DNA of 64,000 nt from an uncultured Lishizhenia sp. (GTDB taxonomy: Bacteria; Bacteroidota; Bacteroidia; Flavobacteriales_D; Crocinitomicaceae): assembly GCA_964612725.1 (NCBI GenBank), contig CAZTFG010000003.1, positions 283 to 64,282 of the forward strand. The letters run 5' to 3'. The position numbers were made by a program, and so were the translations under genes. Positions 1 to 10,430 of this stretch are shown here, piece after piece. Below the pieces are notes generated by a model. That model searched no databases, had not been told where the DNA came from, and was given only the letters and a program-made list of their open reading frames with translations. Every line of letters begins with the position of its first letter. The stretch's first letter is position 1.

Positions 1-1700
1 AAATAGTTGTTTCTGGCGCGGGAGCATCTGCCATGTCTTGTGCTAAATTATATCATTCTTTAGGAGCCAAATTATCCAATATTTTCATGTTTGATTCTAA
101 AGGGTTGCTATCTAAAAATAGATCTAATTTAGACGACTATAAATTGTTCTTTGCTCAGCATGAATCGGATGTTTCTTTTGAAGATGCATTTAAAGATGCC
201 GATGTGTTTTTAGGATTGTCAAGAGCCGGTTTGGTTTCCAAAGATATGATTGCTGTGATGGCTAAAGATCCGATTGTGTTTGCATTAGCCAATCCTGAAC
301 CCGAGATTTCATACAAGGACGCAACCTCAGTTAGAAAAGATATTATTCTTGCAACGGGACGTTCGGACCATCCTAATCAAGTGAATAATGTATTAGGTTT
401 TCCGTTTATTTTCAGGGGCGCATTGGATGTTCGGGCAACAACCATTAATGAGGAAATGAAACTTGCAGCTGTAAAAGCGATAGCTGCCTTAGCTAAGGAA
501 ACTATACCCGAAGAGGTAATTCAAGCATATGGTGAAAAGAACATTTCTTTTGGTAGAGAACAAATTATTCCAAAGCCACTTGATCCACGTTTAATTCATT
601 ATGTTGCTCCTGCTGTTGCAAAAGCCGCCATGGATTCAGGGGTTGCCAAAAATCCAATTTTGGATTGGGATGAATATGAATCAATTTTGAAAAGCCGCTT
701 AGGTCTTGATAATAAACTTATTCGAAATATTACGACCAAGGCTCAATCCAACCCTAAAAAAGTTGTCTTTGCTGAAGGAGATAATATTCAAACGTTGAAG
801 GCTGCGCAAGTAGCTTTTGAGGAAGGGTGTGCGTTCCCAATATTATTAGGAAAAAAGAAACGAATTGAAGCGTTAATTAAAGAATATGGTATTGAACTTC
901 CTGAGAAAATAATCGTTGATCCGAAATCGGAAGAGGAAGAAATCAGAAGAGGAGTTTATGGTAAGGCTTTCTTTGAAAAACGCAAACGCAAAGGATTTAC
1001 AGAATTTGAGGCGCTTCAAATTATGCGTGAACGCAATTATTTTGGTTCCATGATGGTAGATCAAGGAGATGCTGATGCCATGATTACAGGTGTCACAAGA
1101 AGTTACCGCTCTTCCATCAAACCCGCGCTACAAACCATAGGATTGCAAAAAGACGTGAATGTTGTTGCGGGAATGTATATTCTCATCACAAAAAAAGGTC
1201 CTTTGTTTTTAGCTGACACGACGGTAAATCTGAACCCAACAGCCGAACAAATAGCTGAAATTACAGTTAATGTTGCTAAAACAATTCGAAAATTGAAAAT
1301 GACCCCTCGAATAGCCTTGTTGAGCTATTCCAATTTTGGATCGTCGCCAGGTGAGGATTCTGAAAAAATGGCTAAAGCAGTTCAATTGTTACATGAAAAT
1401 CATCCAACCTTAATTGTTGACGGAGAAATGCAAGCAAATTTTGCGTTGAATAAGGATATGATGAATGAAAAATTCTCTTTCTCCCAATTGGCAAATAAGG
1501 AAGTAAACACCTTGATATTCCCGAATTTATCAGCTGGAAATATTGCATATAAATTATTACAGCAAACAACAGATGCGGATGCCATAGGTCCAATTTTAAT
1601 AGGCTTAAAAAAACCCATTCATATTTTGCAGTTGGGAAGTTCGGTTCGAGAAATCGTGAACATGGTGAAAATTGCAGTAATAGACGCACAAAATAAGTAA
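1..1700 (+). CDS. maeB: NADP-dependent malic enzyme, 5'-truncated by the window edge (malic enzyme NAD(P)-binding part plus C-terminal phosphate-acetyltransferase-like domain)
   Basis: The frame is open from nt 3 (IVVSGAGASAMSC...), so the ATG at 33 is internal. The dinucleotide-binding 'GAGAS' region is followed by a roughly 330-aa PTA-like domain ('GVTRSYRSSIKP', 'PILIGLKKPIHILQLGSS'), which is the MaeB architecture. Confidence 0.88.
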   Translation, partial: IVVSGAGASAMSCAKLYHSLGAKLSNIFMFDSKGLLSKNRSNLDDYKLFFAQHESDVSFEDAFKDADVFLGLSRAGLVSKDMIAVMAKDPIVFALANPEPEISYKDATSVRKDIILATGRSDHPNQVNNVLGFPFIFRGALDVRATTINEEMKLAAVKAIAALAKETIPEEVIQAYGEKNISFGREQIIPKPLDPRLIHYVAPAVAKAAMDSGVAKNPILDWDEYESILKSRLGLDNKLIRNITTKAQSNPKKVVFAEGDNIQTLKAAQVAFEEGCAFPILLGKKKRIEALIKEYGIELPEKIIVDPKSEEEEIRRGVYGKAFFEKRKRKGFTEFEALQIMRERNYFGSMMVDQGDADAMITGVTRSYRSSIKPALQTIGLQKDVNVVAGMYILITKKGPLFLADTTVNLNPTAEQIAEITVNVAKTIRKLKMTPRIALLSYSNFGSSPGEDSEKMAKAVQLLHENHPTLIVDGEMQANFALNKDMMNEKFSFSQLANKEVNTLIFPNLSAGNIAYKLLQQTTDADAIGPILIGLKKPIHILQLGSSVREIVNMVKIAVIDAQNK

Positions 1701-1702
1701 GC

Positions 1703-2278
1703 ATGATCGGACAGTTGACAGGAAGATTAGTCGAAAAAACACCCACCGAAATTATTATTGATTGTGGGGGAGTTGGCTATGAAGTAAGAATATCACTTAA
1801 TACTTTTTCTGCCCTAGGTTCGGATGAAGCGATCAAGATTTTTACTAAGTTAATTGTTCGAGAAGACGCTCATTTGTTGTATGGTTTTTATACAAAAGAA
1901 GAAAGAGAAATGTTTAATCATTTGGTTAGCGTTTCTGGAATAGGTCCTAATACAGCTATGATAATGCTCTCGTCCTTGACACCGGAAGATGTTGCGAATG
2001 CTATTCAAACAGAGGACGTTCGAACAATTCAAAGTATTAAAGGAATTGGAGCAAAAACAGCTCAACGAGTAATTATTGACTTAAAAGACAAAGTGTTAAA
2101 AATGAATGTTTCAAGCGAAAATGTATCGGTGACTCACAATACAATTCGATTTGATGCGTTAAACGCTTTAGTTTCTTTAGGTTTTGATAAAAAATCAGTA
2201 GACAAGGTGTTGGATAAATTGACAACAGGTCAAGAATCTTTGGAAGAATTAATTAAAGGAGCATTAAAATTATTGTAA
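1703..2278 (+). CDS. ruvA: Holliday junction branch migration complex subunit RuvA
   Basis: 191 aa. N-terminus 'MIGQLTGRLVEKTP..IIDCGGVGYEV', helix-hairpin-helix motifs 'VSGIGPNTAM' and 'IKGIGAKTAQR', and a short C-terminal domain III. Confidence 0.95.
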   Translation: MIGQLTGRLVEKTPTEIIIDCGGVGYEVRISLNTFSALGSDEAIKIFTKLIVREDAHLLYGFYTKEEREMFNHLVSVSGIGPNTAMIMLSSLTPEDVANAIQTEDVRTIQSIKGIGAKTAQRVIIDLKDKVLKMNVSSENVSVTHNTIRFDALNALVSLGFDKKSVDKVLDKLTTGQESLEELIKGALKLL

Positions 2279-2280
2279 CA

Positions 2281-5200
2281 TTGAATCGGAAAACAATTGA
2301 TAAGAAGTCTTTTATAAAGTGGGTGGTATTATCACACTTATTATTTGTCTACTTTGGTTTGAATGCCCAAGATACAACGCTTCAATACCCTATTTCTAAT
2401 CCGCTTGATCCAACGCTGAATACCCCTCAAAGTTTTGATTTTGGAGACCCTAGTTCTGTTGAACAATCGGTAGTTTATGATCCAGTTACCGGAAAGTATA
2501 TTTTTACTGAACGTATGAGTAATGGGTTATATTACAGGTATCCATCTATGATGACATTGGATGAGTATTTGGAATATGAACGCAAAAAATCAACTACATT
2601 AAATTGGCAAAAAAAGATTGAAGAACAAACGGAAAAAGGTAGGCCTTTTGAACTTCCTATCAAAGTAGGAAGTAAATTATTTGCTGACTTTTTTGGTGGA
2701 AATGAAATAGTATTGCGCCCACAAGGACAAGTTGAGATTTCCATGGGAGCTAATTATTCTCGATATGACAATCCAATATTGCCCCTTCGACAAAGACAAA
2801 TTACTCGGTTTGATTTTAATCAACAAATTCAAATGAATTTGGTCGGACAAATTGGTTCTAAACTTAAAATAAATACAAGTTATAATACACAAGCTGCTTT
2901 TGATTTTGATAATATTTCAAAACTGGAGCATACAGGAAATGAAGATCAAATTTTACAAAAAATAGCGCTAGGTCAAATTACTTTTGATTCGCCAACCTCT
3001 TTAATTCAAGGGTCTTCTACCTTATTTGGTGCCAAAGCACAATTAAAGTTTGGTCGGTCTTACTGGGATTTGTTTGCTGCCACCTCAAAAGGGAAAAGAC
3101 AAGAAATTAATATTACCGGAAAATCTCAAGTTCAAAAGTTTGAATTGGGTGCTGATAAATACGAAGCAAATCGCCATTACTTTTTAAATTTATACCATCA
3201 TGACACGTATGATGCTGCGATGGCTACCTTACCTGTCGTTAATTCAACAGCTTACATTACCCGTATAGAAGTTTGGTTAACGAATCGAACCAATAATACA
3301 GAAAACACCCGAAACATCGTTGCATTTGCAGATTTAGGGGAGGCAAAACCTGAAAATTGTCAAGGAAACCCAGGCGGATATGCTCCGGTAATTATGCCTG
3401 ATAATGAAGCAAATAATTTGTATGCGTGGGCCTCATCCCAACCACAAATTCGGGCATTTCAGAATGCTGTTACTTCATTAGCTTCTCAAGTTACAGCGCC
3501 TGGACCTTTTACACAGGCTGTTCACTATGAAAAAGTAGAAAATGCACGAAAATTAACAGAGCAAGAATATTCCTATAATGCATTATTGGGTTATGTATCT
3601 CTAAATACGCCTTTGAATAATGATGAGGTGTTGGCTGTAGCATACGAGTATACCTATAATGGAGAAACATATCAAGTAGGAGAACTTTCAACAGATGGAG
3701 CACAAGGACAAGAAGCTTTGGTCTTGAAATTATTGAAACCAACTATTACTAATCCTAGAAATAAAGTCTGGGATTTGATGATGAAAAATGTTTATTCGAT
3801 CGGTGCATTTCAAGTAGATCAAACAGGTTTTAAAATAGATATTTTATACAACAACAGAGAAACATCCGTAAACGTTCCGTATTTTCCTATGACGGGAGTG
3901 GACGATCGTCAAATTGTGACCTTGTTGGAAATGGATAAATTGAATCAAAACAATCAACCATTCAGTGATGGGGTTTTTGATTTTGTTCCTTTTACTATCA
4001 CGGGTAATAAAATGGAAAATGGAGGGACGATTAATAAAAAAAATGGTCGAATTTATTTTTCATCGATTGAGCCATTTGGTAAAACCCTTCAGTCAAAATT
4101 AGCGGCAGCGGGCATTGCTCCTACATTGATCGATCAAGTTGTATATACTGAATTATATGATTCAACGATTACGGCTGCGCAACAAATTCCAGCGAAAAAT
4201 CGATTTTCTTTTAAGGGAGAGTATCAATCATCTATCACTTCTGATATTCCGTTAAATGCATTAAACGTTCCGCAAGGTGCTGTAACTGTAACGGCTGGTG
4301 GAATTAAATTAACAGAAGGATTAGATTACTCTGTGGATTATAATTTAGGTCGAGTTAAAATATTGAACACTGGAATTTTGGAGTCAAATACTCCAATCAA
4401 AATTTCAATTGAAAGTAATTCAGTTTTTGGTTTTCAAGCTAGATCCATGTTGGGCGGTAGGTATAGTTATCGCATGAGTGATAAATTTAATGTGGGCGCA
4501 ACATTTTTAAGAATGCTTGAGCGACCGGTTACTCAAAAAGTGGATATTGGAAGCGAACCATTTAAAAACACAATGATTGGTACTGATTTAGCCTTCAAAA
4601 CCAACCTCCCATTTTTAACCAAGCTTGTTGATTTATTGCCGGGGATTTCAACTAGTGCTATGTCAACTTTATCCTTTACGGGAGAGGTAGCTAGATTGAT
4701 TCCTGGACAACCTAGGGCAATTAATAAAGATGGAACTTCCTATGTAGATGATTTTGAAGCTTCCCAGAGCGCGATAGATTTACGTCAATTTTCTTCTTGG
4801 CGCATGGCTTCGGTTCCACAAGGACAACCTGATTTGTTTCCAGAGGCACAAACAAAAACACTAGCAGCAGGATATAAGCGAGCTAAATTGGCTTGGTATG
4901 TTATTGATCCGGTTTTCTATCAAGGTAATTCGTTGACGCCTCAACACATCAAACAAAATCCTCAAATGTTGTCTGATAGCCGGATGCGTTTGGTAAATCA
5001 AGTAGATATTTTCCCGAATTTGCAGATGCAATATGGTTCCATTCCTAATATCCCGATTCTGGATTTAGCTTATTATCCGAAAGAACGAGGAATGTATAAT
5101 TATGAAAAGTCTAGTGCTATCAATCCAGACGGAACATTTACAAATCCTGAAAACCGCTGGGGGGGAATTATGCGTTCTTTAACTACCAATGATTTTGAGT

Positions 5201-8200
5201 TGGCAAATATAGAATTCATACAGTTTTGGGTCTTAGATCCATTTAATGATGATGCTGAAAATGCAAACCCTAACTCCATGCATACGGGGGGAGATTTCTA
5301 TATTAATCTAGGAAATATTTCAGAGGACATCTTACCAGATTCAAGAAAAAGTTTTGAAAATGGGTTGCCTCCTTTAGGAGTTGCTGCTACGGATATCTTA
5401 GACACTACCTCTTGGTCTAAGGTTTCGACACAACAGGTGGTTGTTAATGCATTTGATATGGATCCTGCATCGCGATTAAATCAAGATGTTGGGTTGGATG
5501 GTTGGAAATCAGTAGAGGAAAAGGTGTCATATGTTGATTTTGTTAACTGGGTACAAACTACACCGGATTTATCACAAGATACAAAGGATAGAATACTTGC
5601 TGACGTTTCAAATGATAATTACAATTATTATCTGGATGATAATTATGATAGCCAAACCGCGAATATTCTAGAACGATATAAAAGGTATAATGGAATGGAG
5701 GGCAATTCGCCCACAAGGGAAATGTCTGACACAGCTAATACCGATGGATACCCAACACAAGCAACGAATCAGCCAGATATTGAAGACATCAATCAAGACA
5801 ATAATTTATCGGAAACAGAAAGTTATTTTCAATATAAATTAAGTTTACGTCCGGCTGATATGCAGGTTGGTAAGAATTTTATTACGAATGTTCAAACATA
5901 TCAAAACGGGAATAAAACAGAAAAATGGTACCAATTTAAAGTTCCTCTAGTGGGATATGATAAACGGGTTAATGGAATTCAAGACTTTAGGTCTATTCGT
6001 TTTATGCGCTTATTCTTGAAGGATTTTGATGAAGAAGTTGTCCTTCGATTTGCCCGTTTAGAGTTACTAAGAGGAGAGTGGAGAAGATATCAATTGGATT
6101 TAAATCAACCTGGGTTGAGTGTTCAAACAGATCCAAATTTAACCACGTTTAATATTGGTGCCGTTAACGTTGAAGAAAACGATCAACGCTCTCCTGTGAA
6201 ATATGAAATTCCCCCAGGAATTGTGAGAGAAATTGATCCTTCACAAGTATATCAACGTCAATTAAATGAGCAATCTTTATCCATGGAAATTTGTGGGCTT
6301 CAAGATGGTGATGCACGAGCGGCCTACAAAAATGTTCAATTTGACGTGAGAACGTACAAAAAATTAAAAATGTTTGTTCACGCAGAAGAAGTGAAACCAA
6401 ACACATTGAAGAATAAAGATTTAACCATGTTTGTAAGGTTAGGTACAGACTTCGTAGAGAACTATTACGAGTACGAACTTCCAATGGACGTAACGCAGTG
6501 GTATTCCACCGTAGCAGATGATATATGGCCCGCTAATAACAATGTGGAAATTGTTTTTGACGACTTTTTAAATTTGAAAAAGGAACGAAATCAAAAAATT
6601 GAAAACGGGGCTACAGGGGTTTCATATGTCGTTGAATATTCAGAAATAGACCCGAAAAATCCGAATAGAAAAATAAAGGTAAAAGGAAACCCTAATTTTC
6701 AAGGAGTAAAAACAATCATGATAGGGGTTCGTAATCCGTTAAAAAATGATCCAAATAATATTTGGAAACCGGATAACGGCGATGCTGAATGTGCAATAGT
6801 TTGGGTAAATGAGTTGCGTTTAACCGACTTTGTTAGCGAAGGGGGAGATGCAGCGATTGGTCAAATGAGAATGCAAATTGCGGATGTTGCAACGGTTTCT
6901 GCCTCAGGAAATTATTCTGGAATAAATTGGGGTAGTATTGAAAGTAGAGTGCAAGAGCGTCAAAGAAACGAGAAAATAGGTGTTGACCTAAATACAACTG
7001 TTCAGCTTGGACAATTTTTTGGTAAAAAAGCACGTTTTTCTTTGCCGTTTTTCTATGGGTATTCTCTTGGTATTATTAACCCGGAATACGATCCATTTAA
7101 CCCAGATGTTAAATTACGCGACTATGATTTAGCTACGCGTAAAGAAAAATCTAAATTAGGTCAAGATTTTACGGAAAGAAGATCGTATAATTTTTCAAAT
7201 GTTAGAAAAGAGGCCAAAGCCGGAGCAAAACCTGGATTTTGGAAAATAAATAACTGGTCGGCCAACTATGCCTTTTCTGAAGTAATGCGTCGTGATTTTA
7301 ATATCAATTACGACAAAACGAAAACCTATACCGGTGCGTTGAATTATAATTATACGTTTGCCTCAAAACCGTGGGAACCTTTCAAAAAATGGAAACCGGT
7401 ACAAAAATCGAAATGGTTAAAATTGGTGAAAGAAACCAATATATTCTACATGCCTAAAAATATTACGTTTACAAACGATGTTTCTAGGTTATACAATGAA
7501 CGACAAATAAGAAACAACTTGGTGCCAGATTACGAATTTGCTCCTGTTTTCTTAAAACGATTTGATTGGGTTAGAGGATACAATGTAGGGTATGATTTAA
7601 CTAAGAATATTAAAACTACTTTTAGTGCCACCAATCGCGCCATTTTTGAAGAAGGAAATAATCGGGTAGATAGAAAATTGGATCCAGCCGGTTACCGTGA
7701 ATATATGGATACGCTCCGTTCGCAAATTGGAACTTTTGGTAGAACCATGGACTACACCCACAATTATTCAATTAGCGCAAACCTGCCACTGGATAAATTT
7801 CCATTAACAGATTGGCTTAGTTTAAATGGAAAATACGCTGGTACGTTCAACTGGCAACGTTCTCCTCTTGGTCAATCCGAGTTTGGTAATACCATTCAAA
7901 ACAACAGAACAGTTAACTTCACAGGACAAGCAAATTTTGTAAACCTCTATAACAAGGTGCCTTTCTTTAAACGTGTCCTAGCTGATGGAAAAGCGGCTCG
8001 TGGCAAGCTCAATGTAAAAGACACGAATGGTGATGGTAAAGGAGGTAAGCCTACACCAAATGACCAAAAGAAAGAAGAAAAGGCAAAAGAAGACCAAAAG
8101 AAAGAGGCTGAAATGCTGGCTAAAATGACGCCAAAAGAAAAACGTAAATACTTGCGGAAAAAGAAAAGAGATCAACGAAAGAAAAGGCAAGCTGAAAAAG

Positions 8201-9618
8201 CAAAAGAAAAACCAAATGTTATTTTAGCTGCAGGTTCGCGCGTACTTATGACGGTTCGAAATGTATCAGGAACCTACGCGTTGAGTGATGGTACGTTATT
8301 GCCTGGATATAATCAAGAAACTAGAAATCTGGGAATGAATAGTAATACATTTGGTTTATCCAGCTTTGTGTTCGGAAAACAAGGGTATGATATATTAGGT
8401 AGATCAAATAATTATGACGTTTCTGCCCTGGCAACCGCAAACAATTGGTTGGTACAAAACAGTAACTTAAACAAACCATTCACAACTACACATTCGGCCA
8501 ATTTAAATTTACGTGCCAATTTAGAGCCATTGAAGGATGTGATAATTGAAATGACACTCAACAGAAATTACAGCAACAATTCTTCCGAATTTTATCGATG
8601 GAACAGTACCTCTAATCAATTTGAGAGTCAAAGTCGTGTACAAACATCTACATTAACCTATACGAATCTTACGCTGGGATCTGCATTTGCCTTAATCAAC
8701 GCAAGAGATTATTCGTCAGAAACGTTTAATACATTACTTTCAAATCGTGAAACGGTTTCTTCCCTATTGGGTCAACAAAACGCAAACTCTTCCTCTATCA
8801 ATGGTTCTGGCTATTACACAGGGTACTCGGGTAGTCAACAAGAGGTGGTGCTTGGTTCGTTCTTAACGGCATACAGTAAAACCAATGTGAACAATCAATC
8901 AATCAATCCAATAAAAAACACACCGCTTCCTAATTGGTCCATTAACTACAACGGATTGACAAAATACGCCTTTGCTAAGAAATATGTGAAAAACTTTGTA
9001 ATTAAGCATGGATATAGTTCAACCGTGAGCGTCAATGGTATGCAAACAAACTTAAATGCTGAATTGGATGCAAATGGAAATGCAACTGCGCGTGATATAA
9101 ACAATAATTTTATTTCTGGAATGCAGGTTCAGAATGTGGTTGTTACCGAGCGATTTTCTCCATTGATTGGATTTGATGCTACTTGGAATATTAAAGGACA
9201 AGGTTTAATTACCAAGTTTGAATACAAAAAAGACCGTAGTGCCACGCTTTCATTAAACAATAATCAAGTTACTGAGGTACTAGGAAATGAAATGATTATT
9301 GGTACAGGATACAAGTTTTCTAAAGTGAAACTTCCAATTCAGCGTGTGCCTGCAAGTGATGTGAATATTCGATTTGATTTTTCTTTCCGAGATAATTTAA
9401 CGGTTATAAGAAAAATAGTAGAAACAACGAATCAAGCAACGGCTGGACAGCGTGTAGTCTCAATTAAGGCTTCAGCAGATTATAACCTGTCTCAAAATTT
9501 AACTTTACAGTTCTATTATGATCAAGTCTTAAATACACCAAAAATTGGAACATCATATCCAACCCAAAATTTAAGCACTGGATTTAAATTGCGTTTCAAC
9601 CTAGCCGGAGTACAATAA
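2281..9618 (+). CDS. sprA: T9SS translocon / gliding motility protein SprA (Sov family)
   Basis: 2445-aa ORF with a TTG start 3 nt after the ruvA stop. The signal peptide ends in 'GLNAQ'. Size and sequence character match the giant outer-membrane SprA barrel of Bacteroidota. Confidence 0.88.
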   Translation: MNRKTIDKKSFIKWVVLSHLLFVYFGLNAQDTTLQYPISNPLDPTLNTPQSFDFGDPSSVEQSVVYDPVTGKYIFTERMSNGLYYRYPSMMTLDEYLEYERKKSTTLNWQKKIEEQTEKGRPFELPIKVGSKLFADFFGGNEIVLRPQGQVEISMGANYSRYDNPILPLRQRQITRFDFNQQIQMNLVGQIGSKLKINTSYNTQAAFDFDNISKLEHTGNEDQILQKIALGQITFDSPTSLIQGSSTLFGAKAQLKFGRSYWDLFAATSKGKRQEINITGKSQVQKFELGADKYEANRHYFLNLYHHDTYDAAMATLPVVNSTAYITRIEVWLTNRTNNTENTRNIVAFADLGEAKPENCQGNPGGYAPVIMPDNEANNLYAWASSQPQIRAFQNAVTSLASQVTAPGPFTQAVHYEKVENARKLTEQEYSYNALLGYVSLNTPLNNDEVLAVAYEYTYNGETYQVGELSTDGAQGQEALVLKLLKPTITNPRNKVWDLMMKNVYSIGAFQVDQTGFKIDILYNNRETSVNVPYFPMTGVDDRQIVTLLEMDKLNQNNQPFSDGVFDFVPFTITGNKMENGGTINKKNGRIYFSSIEPFGKTLQSKLAAAGIAPTLIDQVVYTELYDSTITAAQQIPAKNRFSFKGEYQSSITSDIPLNALNVPQGAVTVTAGGIKLTEGLDYSVDYNLGRVKILNTGILESNTPIKISIESNSVFGFQARSMLGGRYSYRMSDKFNVGATFLRMLERPVTQKVDIGSEPFKNTMIGTDLAFKTNLPFLTKLVDLLPGISTSAMSTLSFTGEVARLIPGQPRAINKDGTSYVDDFEASQSAIDLRQFSSWRMASVPQGQPDLFPEAQTKTLAAGYKRAKLAWYVIDPVFYQGNSLTPQHIKQNPQMLSDSRMRLVNQVDIFPNLQMQYGSIPNIPILDLAYYPKERGMYNYEKSSAINPDGTFTNPENRWGGIMRSLTTNDFELANIEFIQFWVLDPFNDDAENANPNSMHTGGDFYINLGNISEDILPDSRKSFENGLPPLGVAATDILDTTSWSKVSTQQVVVNAFDMDPASRLNQDVGLDGWKSVEEKVSYVDFVNWVQTTPDLSQDTKDRILADVSNDNYNYYLDDNYDSQTANILERYKRYNGMEGNSPTREMSDTANTDGYPTQATNQPDIEDINQDNNLSETESYFQYKLSLRPADMQVGKNFITNVQTYQNGNKTEKWYQFKVPLVGYDKRVNGIQDFRSIRFMRLFLKDFDEEVVLRFARLELLRGEWRRYQLDLNQPGLSVQTDPNLTTFNIGAVNVEENDQRSPVKYEIPPGIVREIDPSQVYQRQLNEQSLSMEICGLQDGDARAAYKNVQFDVRTYKKLKMFVHAEEVKPNTLKNKDLTMFVRLGTDFVENYYEYELPMDVTQWYSTVADDIWPANNNVEIVFDDFLNLKKERNQKIENGATGVSYVVEYSEIDPKNPNRKIKVKGNPNFQGVKTIMIGVRNPLKNDPNNIWKPDNGDAECAIVWVNELRLTDFVSEGGDAAIGQMRMQIADVATVSASGNYSGINWGSIESRVQERQRNEKIGVDLNTTVQLGQFFGKKARFSLPFFYGYSLGIINPEYDPFNPDVKLRDYDLATRKEKSKLGQDFTERRSYNFSNVRKEAKAGAKPGFWKINNWSANYAFSEVMRRDFNINYDKTKTYTGALNYNYTFASKPWEPFKKWKPVQKSKWLKLVKETNIFYMPKNITFTNDVSRLYNERQIRNNLVPDYEFAPVFLKRFDWVRGYNVGYDLTKNIKTTFSATNRAIFEEGNNRVDRKLDPAGYREYMDTLRSQIGTFGRTMDYTHNYSISANLPLDKFPLTDWLSLNGKYAGTFNWQRSPLGQSEFGNTIQNNRTVNFTGQANFVNLYNKVPFFKRVLADGKAARGKLNVKDTNGDGKGGKPTPNDQKKEEKAKEDQKKEAEMLAKMTPKEKRKYLRKKKRDQRKKRQAEKAKEKPNVILAAGSRVLMTVRNVSGTYALSDGTLLPGYNQETRNLGMNSNTFGLSSFVFGKQGYDILGRSNNYDVSALATANNWLVQNSNLNKPFTTTHSANLNLRANLEPLKDVIIEMTLNRNYSNNSSEFYRWNSTSNQFESQSRVQTSTLTYTNLTLGSAFALINARDYSSETFNTLLSNRETVSSLLGQQNANSSSINGSGYYTGYSGSQQEVVLGSFLTAYSKTNVNNQSINPIKNTPLPNWSINYNGLTKYAFAKKYVKNFVIKHGYSSTVSVNGMQTNLNAELDANGNATARDINNNFISGMQVQNVVVTERFSPLIGFDATWNIKGQGLITKFEYKKDRSATLSLNNNQVTEVLGNEMIIGTGYKFSKVKLPIQRVPASDVNIRFDFSFRDNLTVIRKIVETTNQATAGQRVVSIKASADYNLSQNLTLQFYYDQVLNTPKIGTSYPTQNLSTGFKLRFNLAGVQ

Positions 9619-10061
9619 TGCAAATTAGAGCAGCACTTCCTGGGGATGAACAGGCTATTTTTGAATTAATTTATGCTTTAGCTGTTTATGAAAAGGCTCC
9701 GGAACAAGTAACAAATTCAGCCGCACAATTGAGAATTGATTTGTTTGAAGACCCGATTTGTTCGGCATTTGTTGCTGAAGACAAGGGTCAAATCATCGGG
9801 TTTGCCTTGTATTACATTTCTTATTCTACCTGGAAGGGTAGGTGTTTGTATCTCGAGGATTTTTTTGTCATTCCTGAAAAAAGAAAACAAGGTGTTGGGG
9901 AGCAACTCTTCCATGTGATCATTGATAAAGCGAAAGAGTTAGGCGTAAAAAGAATGGATTGGCAAGTGCTGGAATGGAACCAACCCGCCTTAGACTTCTA
10001 TAACAAACACCAAGCTGTTTTAGATAGCGAATGGATCAATGGCCGATTCTTTTTTGAATAA
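9618..10061 (+). CDS. GNAT family N-acetyltransferase (diamine/spermidine acetyltransferase-like)
   Basis: 147 aa. Acetyl-CoA binding motif 'PEKRKQGVGEQLF' (R/Q-x-x-G-x-G/A). The start overlaps the sprA stop by 1 nt (TAATG). Confidence 0.8.
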   Translation: MQIRAALPGDEQAIFELIYALAVYEKAPEQVTNSAAQLRIDLFEDPICSAFVAEDKGQIIGFALYYISYSTWKGRCLYLEDFFVIPEKRKQGVGEQLFHVIIDKAKELGVKRMDWQVLEWNQPALDFYNKHQAVLDSEWINGRFFFE

Positions 10062-10063
10062 AA

Positions 10064-10085
10064 AAGCCCCCAATCAAGGAGGCTT
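10064..10085. terminator. Imperfect hairpin between convergent genes, putative bidirectional terminator
   Basis: 'aagcccc' / 'gga-ggctt' stem with a 7-nt loop. On the minus strand it is followed by a T-run (complement of aaaaa at 10061-10065). Confidence 0.35.
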
Positions 10086-10107
10086 CATTATCTGAATCGT
10101 AAATTAA

Positions 10108-10320
10108 TTATTTTTTCATAAATCCTAAGAACGAGGAGATTACTCCTAAACCAGAACCTGCCAAAAATAGAATTAAACCTGTTCCCATAGACACAAGCTC
10201 TCCACCTTCACGTAAATCACGGAACCATTTCATAGAAATCAACATCAATAATGCCGAAAACAACAAAGTACCAATAGAAAATAAGTGTTTTTTGTTAGCT
10301 AAAAACGAAAACAATCCCAT
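10108..10320 (-). CDS. Small membrane protein with 2 predicted TM helices, function unknown
   Basis: 70 aa with two hydrophobic stretches ('LFSIGTLLFSALLMLISM', 'GTGLILFLAGSGLGVISSFLGF'). It is the last ORF of the minus-strand block, just upstream of a hairpin. Confidence 0.45.
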   Translation of the reverse strand: MGLFSFLANKKHLFSIGTLLFSALLMLISMKWFRDLREGGELVSMGTGLILFLAGSGLGVISSFLGFMKK

Positions 10321-10430
10321 TAATACAGCTAATATAATAATTAGGGTACCAACTGTAGAACTAGCGTCGTCATCTGCTTTCCAAAGTGTGAGTTTTCAAC
10401 ATTTCAGTATAGTATAAAGTAAATCTACCT

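Noticed and set aside
7978-8190. 70-aa minus-strand ORF and purine-rich tract that might suggest a separate gene or a repeat element inside sprA.
   Set aside because: The plus-strand sprA frame reads straight through, and the tract encodes the Lys/Glu-rich insertion. The antisense ORF is Phe/Leu-rich mirror sequence. No tandem DNA repeat unit is discernible.
10321-10398. Open frame continuing upstream of the 70-aa membrane-protein ORF. It would add a third hydrophobic segment, 'TVGTLIIILAVL'.
   Set aside because: The extension contains no ATG, GTG or TTG codon, only ATT and ATA. I kept the ATG at 10320. A non-canonical start cannot be excluded.
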